This document shows, piece after piece, positions 28,876 to 41,659 of a stretch of DNA of 64,000 nucleotides (its first letter is position 1; every line of letters starts with the position of its first letter). The notes under the pieces are model-generated. The model was not told where the DNA came from and searched no databases. It saw only the letters and a program-made list of their open reading frames with translations. Location: positions 1,860,001-1,924,000 of the forward strand of contig NW_002060954.1 of NCBI RefSeq assembly GCF_000150275.1, written 5' to 3'. Position numbers and translations under genes: made by a program. The DNA is from Trichoplax adhaerens. Lineage: Eukaryota; Animalia; Placozoa.

Positions 28876-30130
28876 ATTGACTAACTAGTCTGTTGACACT
28901 TCCTAATCAAAGATAGTAATATCAAGACAGTTTGACACTGTAATCATTTAGTTGTCAAGTATTACACCAGATAGCCACAGTAATTTTTCTATAGAATTGA
29001 TCTTGTAATAATTCAGTTCTCGTCGATAACTGCAAACTCTATAGCAAGGATAAATAGATCAATCTAGATTATTTATGGCTCCTTTCTTTTATATTTTATA
29101 AATGTATTATGAGAAAAAATAATTCTGATTACTACTATCAATGCAATATTATGTAAAAAAGAGTCGTTTCCTAACCATCCCATTTAACAGAGAAGAATTT
29201 ATTTCAATTTATTCAAGTAGGAGTATATGCAAGTGTATTTACGTATATCTAAGGATAAAAGTGCTTCTTAATAATTAGCTTACTACTTGTAAAGTATATG
29301 TTTAGAAGAACTCTTTACTTTATCCTAGCTATGTTATGTATCTTAGCACTTTTGTATACTTCAAGGATTGAGTGTGATTCTAAGAGGTTAGGATAATTAA
29401 AGCAAAGGTAAACTAGAAAGAAAATCGATTTTTTATAAAATGTTAATCAGTAAAGTAGTTCGATGATATCAAAGTTCCAACGCAATTAAAAATACTACCA
29501 ATCAAAATTTATCCTTACCGGTATTAAAATTGATTTCTATATTTTTCTAGATTACAAATTAACTGTTGCCTTGAGATGGTTAATTAAAGGAATTAGTAGC
29601 TGTTTAATAGAAATACTCTAACTTCAAAGTAAGCGGACAACGGGTGGTTACTAACTTACTGTCGTTATGCTATGTTTATAATTTGCATGACAACAAAACG
29701 GTTGGCAAGGCCATCGTTTATTCAATAGAGTCATTAGCTATAAAAATTATGCATTAATAAAATATTCTTTTGATTGCTATGTTGGCACTATAAAGGCTAT
29801 TCTTGATTAGCCGATGAAAAGTTAACAATTAAAAGAATAGAATCTTAAATGGATAATTGTCTCAGCACAACAAAAATCTCTAATATGGTATCGATAAACA
29901 ACTGTGTTGCGCTATAATCGTTCTATGAGATAGTAAACTGTCCATTTATTCCTATGGCTAGGATATCGCCTAAGTACAAGTGCAAGGTCATTTTATTGTC
30001 AATTATACATAACACAAAGATGACTCCTTCTAGTTGGCCTCATTTAAAAGACACCTTGCACATTACTGTTTTTATTATACTATAAGCTTATAAAGTATCC
30101 GTTAATCGGAATTTGTGATTTAATTTCGAA

Positions 30131-30772
30131 ATGAAGGGTTTACAGTTGATTTACGCAATCATGCTGTCTTGTTCAATGCTCATCTATTGGTACTACCAAG
30201 GAGTGAGCTAATACAATTCTAAACGATTATTGAAAGTTCACCTCGGGTAGTTTTACCGGACCTCCTACAAATTTTACAATTGAGATTTTACGGCATAAGG
30301 ATAATTATAAATTTGATATTTTTAAATTACCATAAAGAGAATTCGACAACAATTGTATCAAAGGAGCTTTTATATAAGCTTTAAATATTTCGATATATGG
30401 TTCGATGCAATCGTACATAATTTGCGATCTTAATATCATAAATAGAAAGCCAGTATTTACTGTAGATGTTAATAGAAGATTGTGCAGGTAGCCTAACCTT
30501 TATAAATTGGCCATTCCAATAATGGCCTCTTTATTCCGGAATCATTTTGTTTAGTATAAATTTGTAAATAAGCTATATGTAGCATTGCAAGCGATTTTAA
30601 CCTAATTTATATAGATATTACACTTAAATTTGTGCATTAAACCTCTAACTCTGTCTTAACTGAGTAATAGGACTACTTTAATAACAGTGATAGTAACCTC
30701 TTTTTCCACCAGAAAAGTACGCAATGGATTACAAGTTATAAAAACCACTATTTTCAGATAAAGACTTCTTGA
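30131..30772 (+). CDS. Candidate spliced micro-protein with N-terminal hydrophobic signal/TM segment (40-43 aa)
   Basis: ATG 30131 gives MKGLQLIYAIMLSCSMLIYWYYQG, then a GTGAG donor at 30203. Optional 22-nt exon 30466-30487. Strong acceptor CTCTTTTTCCACCAG ends at 30712. No homology recognised. Confidence 0.25.
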
Positions 30773-32650
30773 TGCGAAGCAGATATTCAATACCATTAAT
30801 AATTCAAGAACTACTTACGCTCTTACAGGCTTAGGAAATTAATGATAAAAGTATAAATAGTGCTACCTGTAGTTGCATATTATGGTATTAACATGGAGTA
30901 ATTGAACTTCTATTGAACCAATCGCGATCAATCATGCAATCACATAATAATACCCTATGGGTGTCTACGTATTCTTTGAAGTGATAAAACGATGCTTAAT
31001 TTTTCAAGTATAACACTGCATAATTTTTTAGTAATATTAGCACATAATTTTACAGTAAATAGATCATTGGAATACGTTTTACGATTATGAGATAACGATT
31101 ATGATTGCATATGTGAGGGGAAATCAGGTCGTTAAATTGAAGTATTTAATTCAGTTTTACTCAGTTGACAGAATGATTCCTAGTATTAAGTACGAATATA
31201 TCTACTTTGTATAAGTAGTAAGAAACAATCTGGCAGTGAATTTCCTTTCAATATCTTGCTTTGTGTAGAATATATACCCGTTCATTTGAACGGGAACTTG
31301 ACTAGTATATTGAATTAACCACTGCCGGCAATTTATATGAGAAAGTATCTTTCCTTTCGATTCTAGTAGATAAATATGGAGAATACACTATGCGGATAGA
31401 GCCGTTTGTAAGGAATATATTAGAGTGCATATCGAATCAATGGAGTAATTAAATTTTTTAAACGGGCTTCGAACAATGACCTATTAATTCTCTTACTTCT
31501 GTCATTATTACATAGAATTGTACAAAAATCATAAGCCTAAACCATGGTTAATTTTTAAATAGATTAGAGATGACCTGTTGATAACGAAAATGAAGGACTA
31601 TAACTGTGAATAATGGCCGTAAATAAACCTATTACTAACCAGTATATTGTATATTAATTAACGTTCAAATGCTGAATAGTATCCGGTTCCTGATAGCAAT
31701 TCAGCCACATCATGTATGATAAACGTTTAAAAATTAATATGTTTGTTGTGCTATGGAAATTTTAAATTTATACAAAAATGGGTAGTGGTTGCTTACTGAA
31801 AATGCTACCTTGTAATCGATTTTTTTACTAGATTTGCTTAAGTGTAATCGCACACATATATACTATATATCTGGAGACATTAACGTCAGCGAGAGCGATA
31901 GATTATTGTGTTGCATTTCTTTAATTTGTAGGATAGCTCCGTTAGAAAACGTTAGATAGGACCAGATAATAAGATTACTACATTATTTCACACCGTAAAT
32001 CGTTGTTAACTGTCGATACTTGTATATCTATCCAATGATATACTCGTTATTACAGTTTTATCACAAGGGGTCGTTATTCTCAACTCTACGTCGCCGATTT
32101 CCTGAGTATGTCCCGTACTGAATTCTCGGCATCACGGTAACAAATCTTTAATAAGAATTGTCGGAATCAAGATCCAATTACGTCGATACGAATATAAATG
32201 AAAGTCTACTGTATAATTTATTAGTTACAAAGTACAGCTAGGAGTGCAAAATTCATATAAATGTTAAACGATTTTTCAAGAAACTACGTGCTAGGTAAAA
32301 ATTTCGATATACTCGTAGGTGCAATTCAGTATTCAAAATCGGCAAAAAAATACCACTCGGCAATCTAACACTTTCTTCTGTGATTACACATTAACTGATA
32401 AATGGTTCGGCTGAGTAATACCGTTGTTATTTTTTTGGTTTTTTTAGCTATAATTTCCCGATGGTATTGCTAAAAGGATGACTAGCTTACGCCGTATTTA
32501 TATTAATCAAATTATCACATTTAAGGTTGCTCAGTATTTACAGTATACTCGTATTATAGTATTTCTTAATTCGATGACTATATAAAAGCATCGATATTAC
32601 GAATTAGCCCAGGTGGTAATGCTGAGATAGTAAATCAAGTCGAAATAGTA

Positions 32651-34078
32651 ATGTACACTTATACCACTGCTATAGTTATCGCTAGCATCGCGATAGTAGT
32701 CTCAATTTATACTCGATTCGACTTATTTGATATGGAAAATCTTAATCGCTCCAAAATTGGGAATGAGCTATTGCACCATTACATTTGTCCCAACGTGGAA
32801 CAAGCTTCTGCTATAGCTATGGATGTTCACGCTTTCAACCCATTCGATAGAATATCAAGGCAAAAGTGCATTGATAGTTTCTCTACAACGTACAATTTGG
32901 TTTACTATTCACTATGCTTAGATAATAGCTACAAGCTAATTGTGCTACGAGGTCCTAGTCAATGTGGCAAATCCAAAAGCTTGCAGCAATTCCTATATTA
33001 TCTGCGACAGAGACATATTTTGGCTATTGATTTTAATTTTGCAAATATCCAGAATGAATTGCATATGGAATCATTTCTTAATATGGCTATACTAGAAGCT
33101 ATTACTCAAATCAATCTTGATTTCCATATCGGTGATGTAATGAAGTTTGATACGATTCTTAAAAAATTGCCTTACCGTTTAACCAAGTGCAATTACTATA
33201 AAATTATGCCGATGGGTATTTTATGGAATCATAATTTATTTTTCACTTGGACATCTTGGAAGAATAAGCAGCAAAACAACCTGAAGCCTTTTATCATGCA
33301 GATATTAAATGATCCATGTTCAAACAAAAATTACGTGACAACCTTAATGACAATTTTAGCAGCTTTAGCGGAAGTAGACAGAAAATTACAACCAATTGTT
33401 GTATTTCGTGATCTTCATAAATCTATCCTAAACCCAAGGACTAGCTCTTTAATATTTAACCTACTTCAAGAGCTATTTCATTTTATTGACAATCAACGTA
33501 ATCATCTACTTCTCTTTCCTGTAGTAATGGAAATGTCTGATTACGTATGGTATGATTTTTTTTATGTTCGATCACACCAGTTTAACATACCGAAAGTAAG
33601 TTACGATGCTATCGTAATGGAACCTTTATTTGAAGAAGAAATATATCAAAAGATTGTCTATGTATATCAATTGTTGCCTGGTAAAATTTTTAACTTGGTA
33701 TGGCAAAGAATTGGCCATGATCGCAGTCTATGGAGCCAGTTTTTATACCGATATGACTATCTAAAAATACGAAATATAGGCCCTGACGATTACATAAGAA
33801 CGATCATTAATCAATTACAATTAGAATCTGACTTGAAGATCTTTCACATCCTTTCTCAAGTAACACGTGAAAATAAATCATTATCGTTAGCATTTTTAAA
33901 GACATTACATTCTAACAATTATGTGCTAAATACGCTCGAATGGATAGTCAGACAAGAAGCCAAATACCTTCTTCAGGAACGGTTAGCTTATATCGATAAA
34001 GAATTCAATTTTCAAATACAACATAAACTCTACCAAGCATCAATTCAAAAATATTATGAACGTATCGAGCAGAAATGA
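32651..34078 (+). CDS. Uncharacterised single-exon membrane-anchored P-loop NTPase-like protein (ATPase_2/STAND-like architecture suspected)
   Basis: 475-aa ORF with N-terminal hydrophobic segment (TAIVIASIAIVVSIY), Walker A LIVLRGPSQCGKS and a degenerate Walker-B-like PIVVFRD. Confidence 0.75.
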   Translation: MYTYTTAIVIASIAIVVSIYTRFDLFDMENLNRSKIGNELLHHYICPNVEQASAIAMDVHAFNPFDRISRQKCIDSFSTTYNLVYYSLCLDNSYKLIVLRGPSQCGKSKSLQQFLYYLRQRHILAIDFNFANIQNELHMESFLNMAILEAITQINLDFHIGDVMKFDTILKKLPYRLTKCNYYKIMPMGILWNHNLFFTWTSWKNKQQNNLKPFIMQILNDPCSNKNYVTTLMTILAALAEVDRKLQPIVVFRDLHKSILNPRTSSLIFNLLQELFHFIDNQRNHLLLFPVVMEMSDYVWYDFFYVRSHQFNIPKVSYDAIVMEPLFEEEIYQKIVYVYQLLPGKIFNLVWQRIGHDRSLWSQFLYRYDYLKIRNIGPDDYIRTIINQLQLESDLKIFHILSQVTRENKSLSLAFLKTLHSNNYVLNTLEWIVRQEAKYLLQERLAYIDKEFNFQIQHKLYQASIQKYYERIEQK

Positions 34079-34514
34079 TGTTGCTATTTTGGAAGTTACT
34101 ATTCGCTTTTTCATGGAAAGTTTTCTGTTTACGATACATTATGTTGTTTTGCAATTAGGCAACATCAAGAATGATTCTTACCATTTACATTGAATTAAAT
34201 ATATAATTTATGTATCTGATGTTATGATAATAATTAACAATAAAATAATTCTGATTTTAATCCTTTCCTTTTAGTGTAAAATCATTATGTTATAGCGGCC
34301 ACATCTTCACAGGCTCATTCGATATACATTGTCAGTATTACCATGCTGTTGTGTAGTATAAGAAACATTATTCGATCATTTTCATAATAAGCCACCAATC
34401 GAAACACAGACATGCAGTTCTTTAACGTTTGACTCTTGCTAACAGCCAGTATGGTGTACAAATTTCGTCTTGAATTAGCTTATTACTCAGATGCATTTAC
34501 GGACACTACATCAT

Positions 34515-37500
34515 TTATACCAGAACCTCTTCCGATTCCTGAATGGCCGGTTTTTGCTTTTCAGTTTCTGGAGCGGGTGTCATGCTACTAAAGGCTTTTA
34601 CTTTTTTGTGTACCACTACAAATGAGATTATTATCGCATTAAGATCGCCGATATGACTAATGGTAGTAAGTTTCGCACTTGAAATATGAAAAGCTGTTGC
34701 GGACTTGTAACAGCAATGAAATTTAAAATGTACTATAACAATAGTACTCTATAATACTTACTGTAACCCTGTCCCTGTAGGAATAATTGCACTCCAGTTG
34801 ACACTGCACCAGCCTAATTAAGGCGTGCAAATAAGTTTAAATGATCAAATTGTTACAACTTGCGATATTGCCATACTAATAATACCCTAAATCTTAGGCT
34901 TAACAAACCTTTTCGTCTAAAAGTAAGCCGCCACATTCCTCTAACTAAAGAATAAAAAGAATAAATCCTTTACAATGATCAAATGAGTTACCAAATACTT
35001 TGATATGACGTAAACTGGCACCTAATGTAATTATTTGTAAATATATCTACGATCCGGTACTATACTGAGTGAAATATATGATAAAAATCATAAAGTACCT
35101 TCATAAATGTAGATTGTGTGGGATCAAGCCTTGAATTTAGATCAACCTGCATATAAAATTTTCAATTTATAGGTCTCTATAATTGTAAATGCTAGAAGGT
35201 TTACCGTATGACAAATTATACAGCATATACCACTTGATCAATGATCGGAGATTCTGAACCAACCATGAGCAAAACAGGACAACTGAACAAGATGATGTAA
35301 TGTTAATTATTATAGCAATAATCTTTCGACCGCTCAATGATCCATAGTGCTTGTTACCTCAAAACTGTTGGTGAAGATGCGGGCATAGTCGAACTTGGCT
35401 TTGTAATTTGTATAACGGTGCGACTGAAGTAAAACATTAAAACAACAGAATTTCTTAGAACCTTCTCATTATGAATTTATATTGCGGTACAAGATTACAG
35501 AAGAAGAGTGCCAGATTCCTGGCCTCACGGTATATGTGATTTATAGCCTCATCTTCTACTTACTTATGGTAAGAGTTCATAAATTTTGCTAGGTTGGTAG
35601 GTTTTAATTTCATTAAACACGATCGCAGATGGTTTAATTCGTCGATATTAATTTCCGGAGTCTATAATTAGATCAAAAGTAATACGATAAATATAGTTGA
35701 ACAGCATGTTTCAAATGTGAGTAACAACTAAAAACTTCCATAGCACCTGTCCAAAATAATACCACTCTAAATGATTCAGCGTATGATTTGTAACTCCGTT
35801 TCGGCTAAGATACCATCCAGTCAACTATGGTTATGAGGTGAATAACAGTGAGGATATACCCGGTACAGAAGATCTGAAGCAATGAATATTTTAATCATGA
35901 GACTGAAACAAAAGACAAGCAGTAAACCTTTTGTTGTCCCCACTCAGCCCAGGAAGCAGCCATGCTAACTGTATTAACCAGGATTAAACTTGTTACCATT
36001 GCCTTATGTTTCAACTATAACATTTTTATAATTTTGTTATATGCGTAGAATCAATATCCTCTTTTACCATGCAACACTATACATAACTTGAATGTTCATG
36101 AAAATTTCAAACATTGATTACTTACAGCAAATCTAAGGAGGACATTGCCCCCTACACCTACACCAAATCCTATGAATCTGCGTATACTGAAGTAATTTAA
36201 AAGTAATGAAGCATTAAAATCCGGGAAGAAAATATTTTTGAAGACTTAGAGTTCTGCTACTTTGTAATGTAAAACTTGGAATTACGGTTTATTACTTGTA
36301 ATGCTCGCAAACTGTTAATATATTGTTAGCCAACTGATCCATTGTCGGGTATTGATAGCTAGGTTAAAGGAAAAATGAAGATTTATGAACTTTTTAGGAA
36401 ATAGAGACAGAATTTTTGAAATTGTAGCCTCTCAGAATAATCTTGAGGTCCATAATATACATACGTATCGGGTAATACTTCAGCATCCTCCTCCTTTACA
36501 TTGTATGTACAAAAACGATATTAATACTCGTATATTCGCAACTAGCAAAGCTAAATGAATTGTATCATCATTACTCTGAAAAGTTGACTGAAATCATTAA
36601 TTTACCTGTCCTGGTGCATCCACGTGGTAAATACAAAAATTTTCTAACAATACTTCTGATTCTGGGAATCCAAGATATCCACCAAAACAAGTCTTATCTA
36701 AAACAAGTTCGTAGATAATGATAGTCATTCATACAAAATGTTTTTTGGTATATACAGTATTAGGCCATATTTAAACTTACGATTTAATCCAAAGTCATGA
36801 AACGTGATCATTGCCGGTTTTCGAAGATTACCCTTTGCGATCAGACAAAATTTAATACTCAATACTAAATGCAGCAAAATTAACTATCGAAATTGGTATG
36901 CTTAAGACAGTATGAATCCTAGTAATAACATAAAACGTAGTTTATGTTTTTCACTTCCAATAGATTTATTTACAGTTAGTTACTGGAGGAGTACTGTACA
37001 TATAATAGCGATATACTGTACTCGTATATATATAGATAAAAAATTAGGGTAATAATATGACAAAGAGTACAAAGCTGTAGCGCTTGATGAAAGTGCTTCA
37101 GAAACAGTAAGTTAAATCACTTTCTCTCAAGAATTTATTACTTAGATATTCGGTAAGTCATATCTATTGTAGTATTTATGATTCGATTTAAATGATTGTT
37201 ATTCTATAAAAGTTTTACCTGTATGTTAACATGAACGAAACCATTTTCTACCAAGATTTTCTTGTAAGGCTATCGTTAAACATACAATAAAAATAATCCA
37301 TTGTCAATCTTAAATCGTATTACGGTTAGTCATAGCAACGTACACCAGTTTGTAGGATGGTACGAATTACAGTGATTATAAGCTGTAAACGCGTTTTACC
37401 CAATGAAAAATATATATTTTTGAAAGATAACACGAATTAGATAATTACAAAGACATCAACATTTAATTTCATGTCTATGAATATTGCTACAGTAAATACA

Positions 37501-38594
37501 TCCTAATATCCTATCATTAATATAAGCATAAATATACTTATATTGTTCGAGGACAAGCCCAGTTGCGAAATGTAAGCTATCATAACACGCTAGTAGCCTC
37601 GCTTGATACTAAATGTAGTCATGTGTGTTAGACTAGGCAAATTATATTATCAATGTGTTGCAATTATCTCATTAAGTTAATATTCCTTTACAGAGCAACC
37701 TCGTTATTATTAAATTCTATTTAATACCGTAACTTAAGACTTCTGATGCGCTAGTTTACGTTACCGTGATTGTACTGTATGAATTTGTAGTCTAGAGATG
37801 TTGTACCTTATTATCAGCAATATATCATGTGGTTAATAAATAATTTACGTATATCAAGAATAAATCGGCTCCAATATGTGGTCTACCAAGTTTAGACTAA
37901 CATTTCTATCTCAATCTGATGTTGTTACCCTTACAAGAAATGTTACTGTTACTCAATTCTTCAAGATTTTGGACACTAATGCCAATATGAGGTTGCATCG
38001 AACTTTGACCCTTCACTGCCTTCAGTGATAAACATCATCATTAACCCTAAGGTAGAGGGCCATTAACTTAAGCAGAAAAATCTCGAACATTGCAGGCTTA
38101 CTTGCAGACATTATACCAGTGAAATTTACAGTTAATAGATTACAGATAATGCGTTGGTTTGACGGAATCGATCGTGCAGAGAAGGACCTCCACTGAAGAA
38201 GTGCTGCAGCTCGTCTTCAAAAAACTCGTAACATAATTATTTTAAGTCTATTGCTGTCACGATTTCTCTTCATTTTAGCAAGAATTCATTTACCTATCAT
38301 TATTACATTATTCCTATGATCGAAATCATGCAATTATGAAATTGCTCTATAAGCCTTGAGGTTTAATTAATTACTGTATTGAAATTTTGACAGCTTGTAT
38401 GTTCTGATTCAAGCCATAGGTACATCAACAAGTTTGAAAGACGATGAAGTTTTTACCTGGAATTTTTCCTCATTTTTAGTATCGGTGCTGCCTTCAGTGC
38501 TTTGCTGAGTTTTATCGCCATGTATCTTGTTTACTGTCAGTTCGATCTCTTCGAAGGTATTCCCTTTGCTTCCAACATTAGCTGATTCGGCCAT
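34515..38594 (-). CDS. NDRG: NDRG (N-myc downstream regulated) family alpha/beta-hydrolase-fold protein, ~16 short exons
   Basis: Spliced exons give KPAMITFHDFGLN, FCIYHVDAPGQ, YPTMDQLA, FIGFGVGVGGNVLLRFA, CPVLLMVG.ESP, LNSRLDPTQSTFMK, ECGGL and QLFLQGQGY, all Ndr-family hallmarks. ATG at 38594, stop TAA at 34515-34517. Confidence 0.92.
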
Positions 38595-38730
38595 TCTTTG
38601 CTGCTTTCAAAGCTCATCTGGTTACTGAACTACTGATGAGCTTAAGTCTACCTGACGAGTGGCTATGACCATAGACTACGAGGTAATGAATCCATGCTGT
38701 TATGCGCAGCCTCTGTTACGACCATATGAT

Positions 38731-38827
38731 CGTACAGTACTATGCTGTGCTCTTTATTATCAAGTCAGAATCTGCAGTCATACTGTACAGTACTGTATCT
38801 CTACAGTATAAGGGCCTCTACTGTAGT
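38731..38827. promoter_or_regulatory. (GTACW)n / TACAGTA array in the NDRG-EMC8/9 divergent promoter
   Basis: cgtacagtacta..tactgtacagtactgta..ctacagta..tactgtag lies within the 432-bp gap between head-to-head start codons. TCAGTC at 38864. Confidence 0.5.
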
Positions 38828-39026
38828 TAAGGTAGCAGAAAATGGGACACAGACAGAAAGACATCAGTCCCCTGATGCGAAGACACGAACAGTAATATCG
38901 GGTGATTGAAAGCCGAAAGGGATTCGTTTTAATCACTCGCTGGACTTGAAAGTAAAAGCTAATTCAGTCAATTGTAATTTAAATTGTATTTATAGTATTT
39001 CTTTACGTTATATTATTGAAACAGTT

Positions 39027-41659
39027 ATGGCAGCTGCCAAAATTACCGTTAAATCAAGGAGTTACGCTAAGATTTTATTACATGCAGCTAAGTATCCCCA
39101 TTGCAAAGTGGATGGCCTGCTCATCGGTAAATTAACTAACAATGGACGCGATGCCTTGGCTACTGATGCGATACCTTTATTTCATACTAGCCATGGCTTA
39201 ACTCCTATGCTAGAAATAGCCCTTAGTCAGGTTAGGTATCTACGTAACTATCCTGGATAAAACAGTGTCAACACTTAGAGCACTTAACTTGAAACGGTAT
39301 CATTTTATACTGTATTCTATAGTCATCACCCTCTTTTCCTGGCCCTTATACTAGTACTTTTATCGTACTTTTATACAGGATTAGTGAACGAAAACTGCAC
39401 GGTGTATATGCTGCGGTTGTTCAACTTCGATTTTCCTACATTTACAGCATCTGAATACAGTCATGGGCTAAAAATCTTATATTTTAGTAGTGCACGTAAT
39501 AACTCGAAGTTCATGGTACCATATATTGTACTTTGCTTTGATACGCAACAGTCTTTCATCTCTGCAGGAATGTATCAATATCAACTAGAGCTTAGCAGTA
39601 CTATCCGCGTATTGATACGCTGAAATAAACTGTAGACTATCTGCCTCTCACCCGTCGTATCTTTTTACCCATTGCAAAATTTGATACGTATTCAGTTGTC
39701 ACCACCGACTAACTTATCATTTTTACATTTGCCAACTATATCAAACAGCACAGTACAGTGAGTATACTTTTCACATACATTTGGACTAAACTATGGTCCC
39801 CCTACTTATGAGCACGGACACCGAGTTGATTGAAAACAGCCATGGCATCGAATTCGTGCTAAGTCTCGCTAGGACGAATCTAATCTTCACTATTACAGTA
39901 CACACAGCACATAGTAATTATATTATAGGCCATGTTATACATACTTAATTGATATTGCAATACAGAACTTACTCATAACGAACTACTCATATTTAATAAA
40001 CATAAGGACTTGTGCTCAACATGAGCAGCTTATTCACGCTCTGTTCAATGCTACAATACTACATTAGCTAATCATCTGCGTTAATAAGAATTCAATAATT
40101 TTACGTATGATCCATCTCGTAAGGAAGAAAAATGTTAACATCAACTTACATACCGAATCATAATTATGGATATCAATTCTTGAATAATGGCCACATAGTA
40201 AAGTGCCAGCTAGTTTCGATTTATGAAGTTTGAAATTATAGTTGCTTAGTACTATCAGTACACTTATACCTATTAAGAATGGAAGGGCGTATTGATCGTG
40301 AACTACAAATTGATAATTTCACGTTCAATACAGTGAAAATTGATATTTTCTTTTCAAATGAAAACAGTATACATAATGTGTATCCCGTTTAATATACTAT
40401 TATATAGGCCGAGGCTTATGCTGAATCTCAGAAATTGTCCATTGTCGGATATTATCAAGCGAATGAACAGCTATCAGAATCACATACGTAAGTGATATAA
40501 TGATATTTAACCATAGATCTACTTAAGGTAGTAAAATATTATTTAGTACAATGTTTGTATTTCACTTTAGTATCATAAATCTAAAGGTAAAATTTAATCA
40601 ATTTTTGATACTATATGTATAAAATTACTTTTATTAGCAAAATTTATAACTGCATTATTAATTAATTATTACAAAACTCATATTTCCTTTATCTGATGTA
40701 CTACAAATCTTCGACAGTTAAAAGCTGTACAAGTGGCACAGTAATTAGATCTAAATAGAAAACACCTAATCTAGTACTATCTATAGTATAAGATTATCAA
40801 ATTTACTTTCTAATAACTGCAAAAATCGGAAGCTCTGTACCGTATTACGTAGACTACATTATTTTTGCTCTTTACTGGAGATATTTATACTGTAACGTTG
40901 CACAGTAATTTAAATCTTTATATAAAAATTGATTTTATTTTCTAAGGCCGGATGCTTTTGCTATAAAAATCGCCGATAGGATATTGAGCTGTTGTAAATA
41001 TTGTAGTTTGATGATGGTGAGTAGCCCGTATACTAATGCATTAGCCACTATGTTGATTTATATGGATGAAATTAGCAATGTAGCTGTTTCTTTAAAACAT
41101 TTGATGCGGCGTTATAATTAAGATTAATTTGTTTTAACACATATCGGATATCCTTGATTTATATCTTTATACCCTTTGCATTTAAATTATTAAACCACAG
41201 GTAGACAATTGTAAAGTTTCTTTGTCATGTCAAGAAGACGCACTAGTTGTGAGTATCTACAATTATTCAACGATATCTTCATCATGATAATGTGATTGAT
41301 TGACGCATACTCGATAGTAATGGGTAACCTTTATTTTAAATAATTATTTTATTATAGTGCTACAATAATATAGAAGGGAAATGGAAGAAAGACTCTCAAT
41401 AGTAAGCATCGCGAGGCTGACTTGACAATCATACATGTTGCAATTTTAACATTTAGGATCAACAATATGTGTAATGTGACTAACATTTAATTTCATATTC
41501 AGTTCTTTAGAGCATCCTAATGAAACGTTGCCAGCATTAGCTAAGCTTATGACTGGTAAAGCATACAAGAATTTAAAAGATTTCGATAACCATTTGGATG
41601 ATATTTCCGTAGATTGGCTGAACATTAGCATAAACAAACAGATTACAGAAGCTATGTAA
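39027..41659 (+). CDS. EMC8: ER membrane complex subunit 8/9 (UPF0172, neighbour of COX4)
   Basis: Exons 39027-39230, 40408-40487, 40947-41016, 41201-41248, 41358-41401, 41503-41659 give YAKILLHAAKYPHCKVDGLLIG, DAIPLFH..LTPMLEIAL, IVGYYQANE and DFDNHLDDISVDWLN. Confidence 0.93.

Noticed and set aside
38042-38050. TAACCCTAA as a possible telomerase-RNA template or telomeric seed
   Set aside because: Isolated 9-mer in NDRG intron 1 with no recognisable pseudoknot or H/ACA context.
38633-38700. CTGATGAG / CTGACGAG resembling a hammerhead core
   Set aside because: No stem II-GAAA-stem III arrangement; the motif is instead paired in a simple hairpin.
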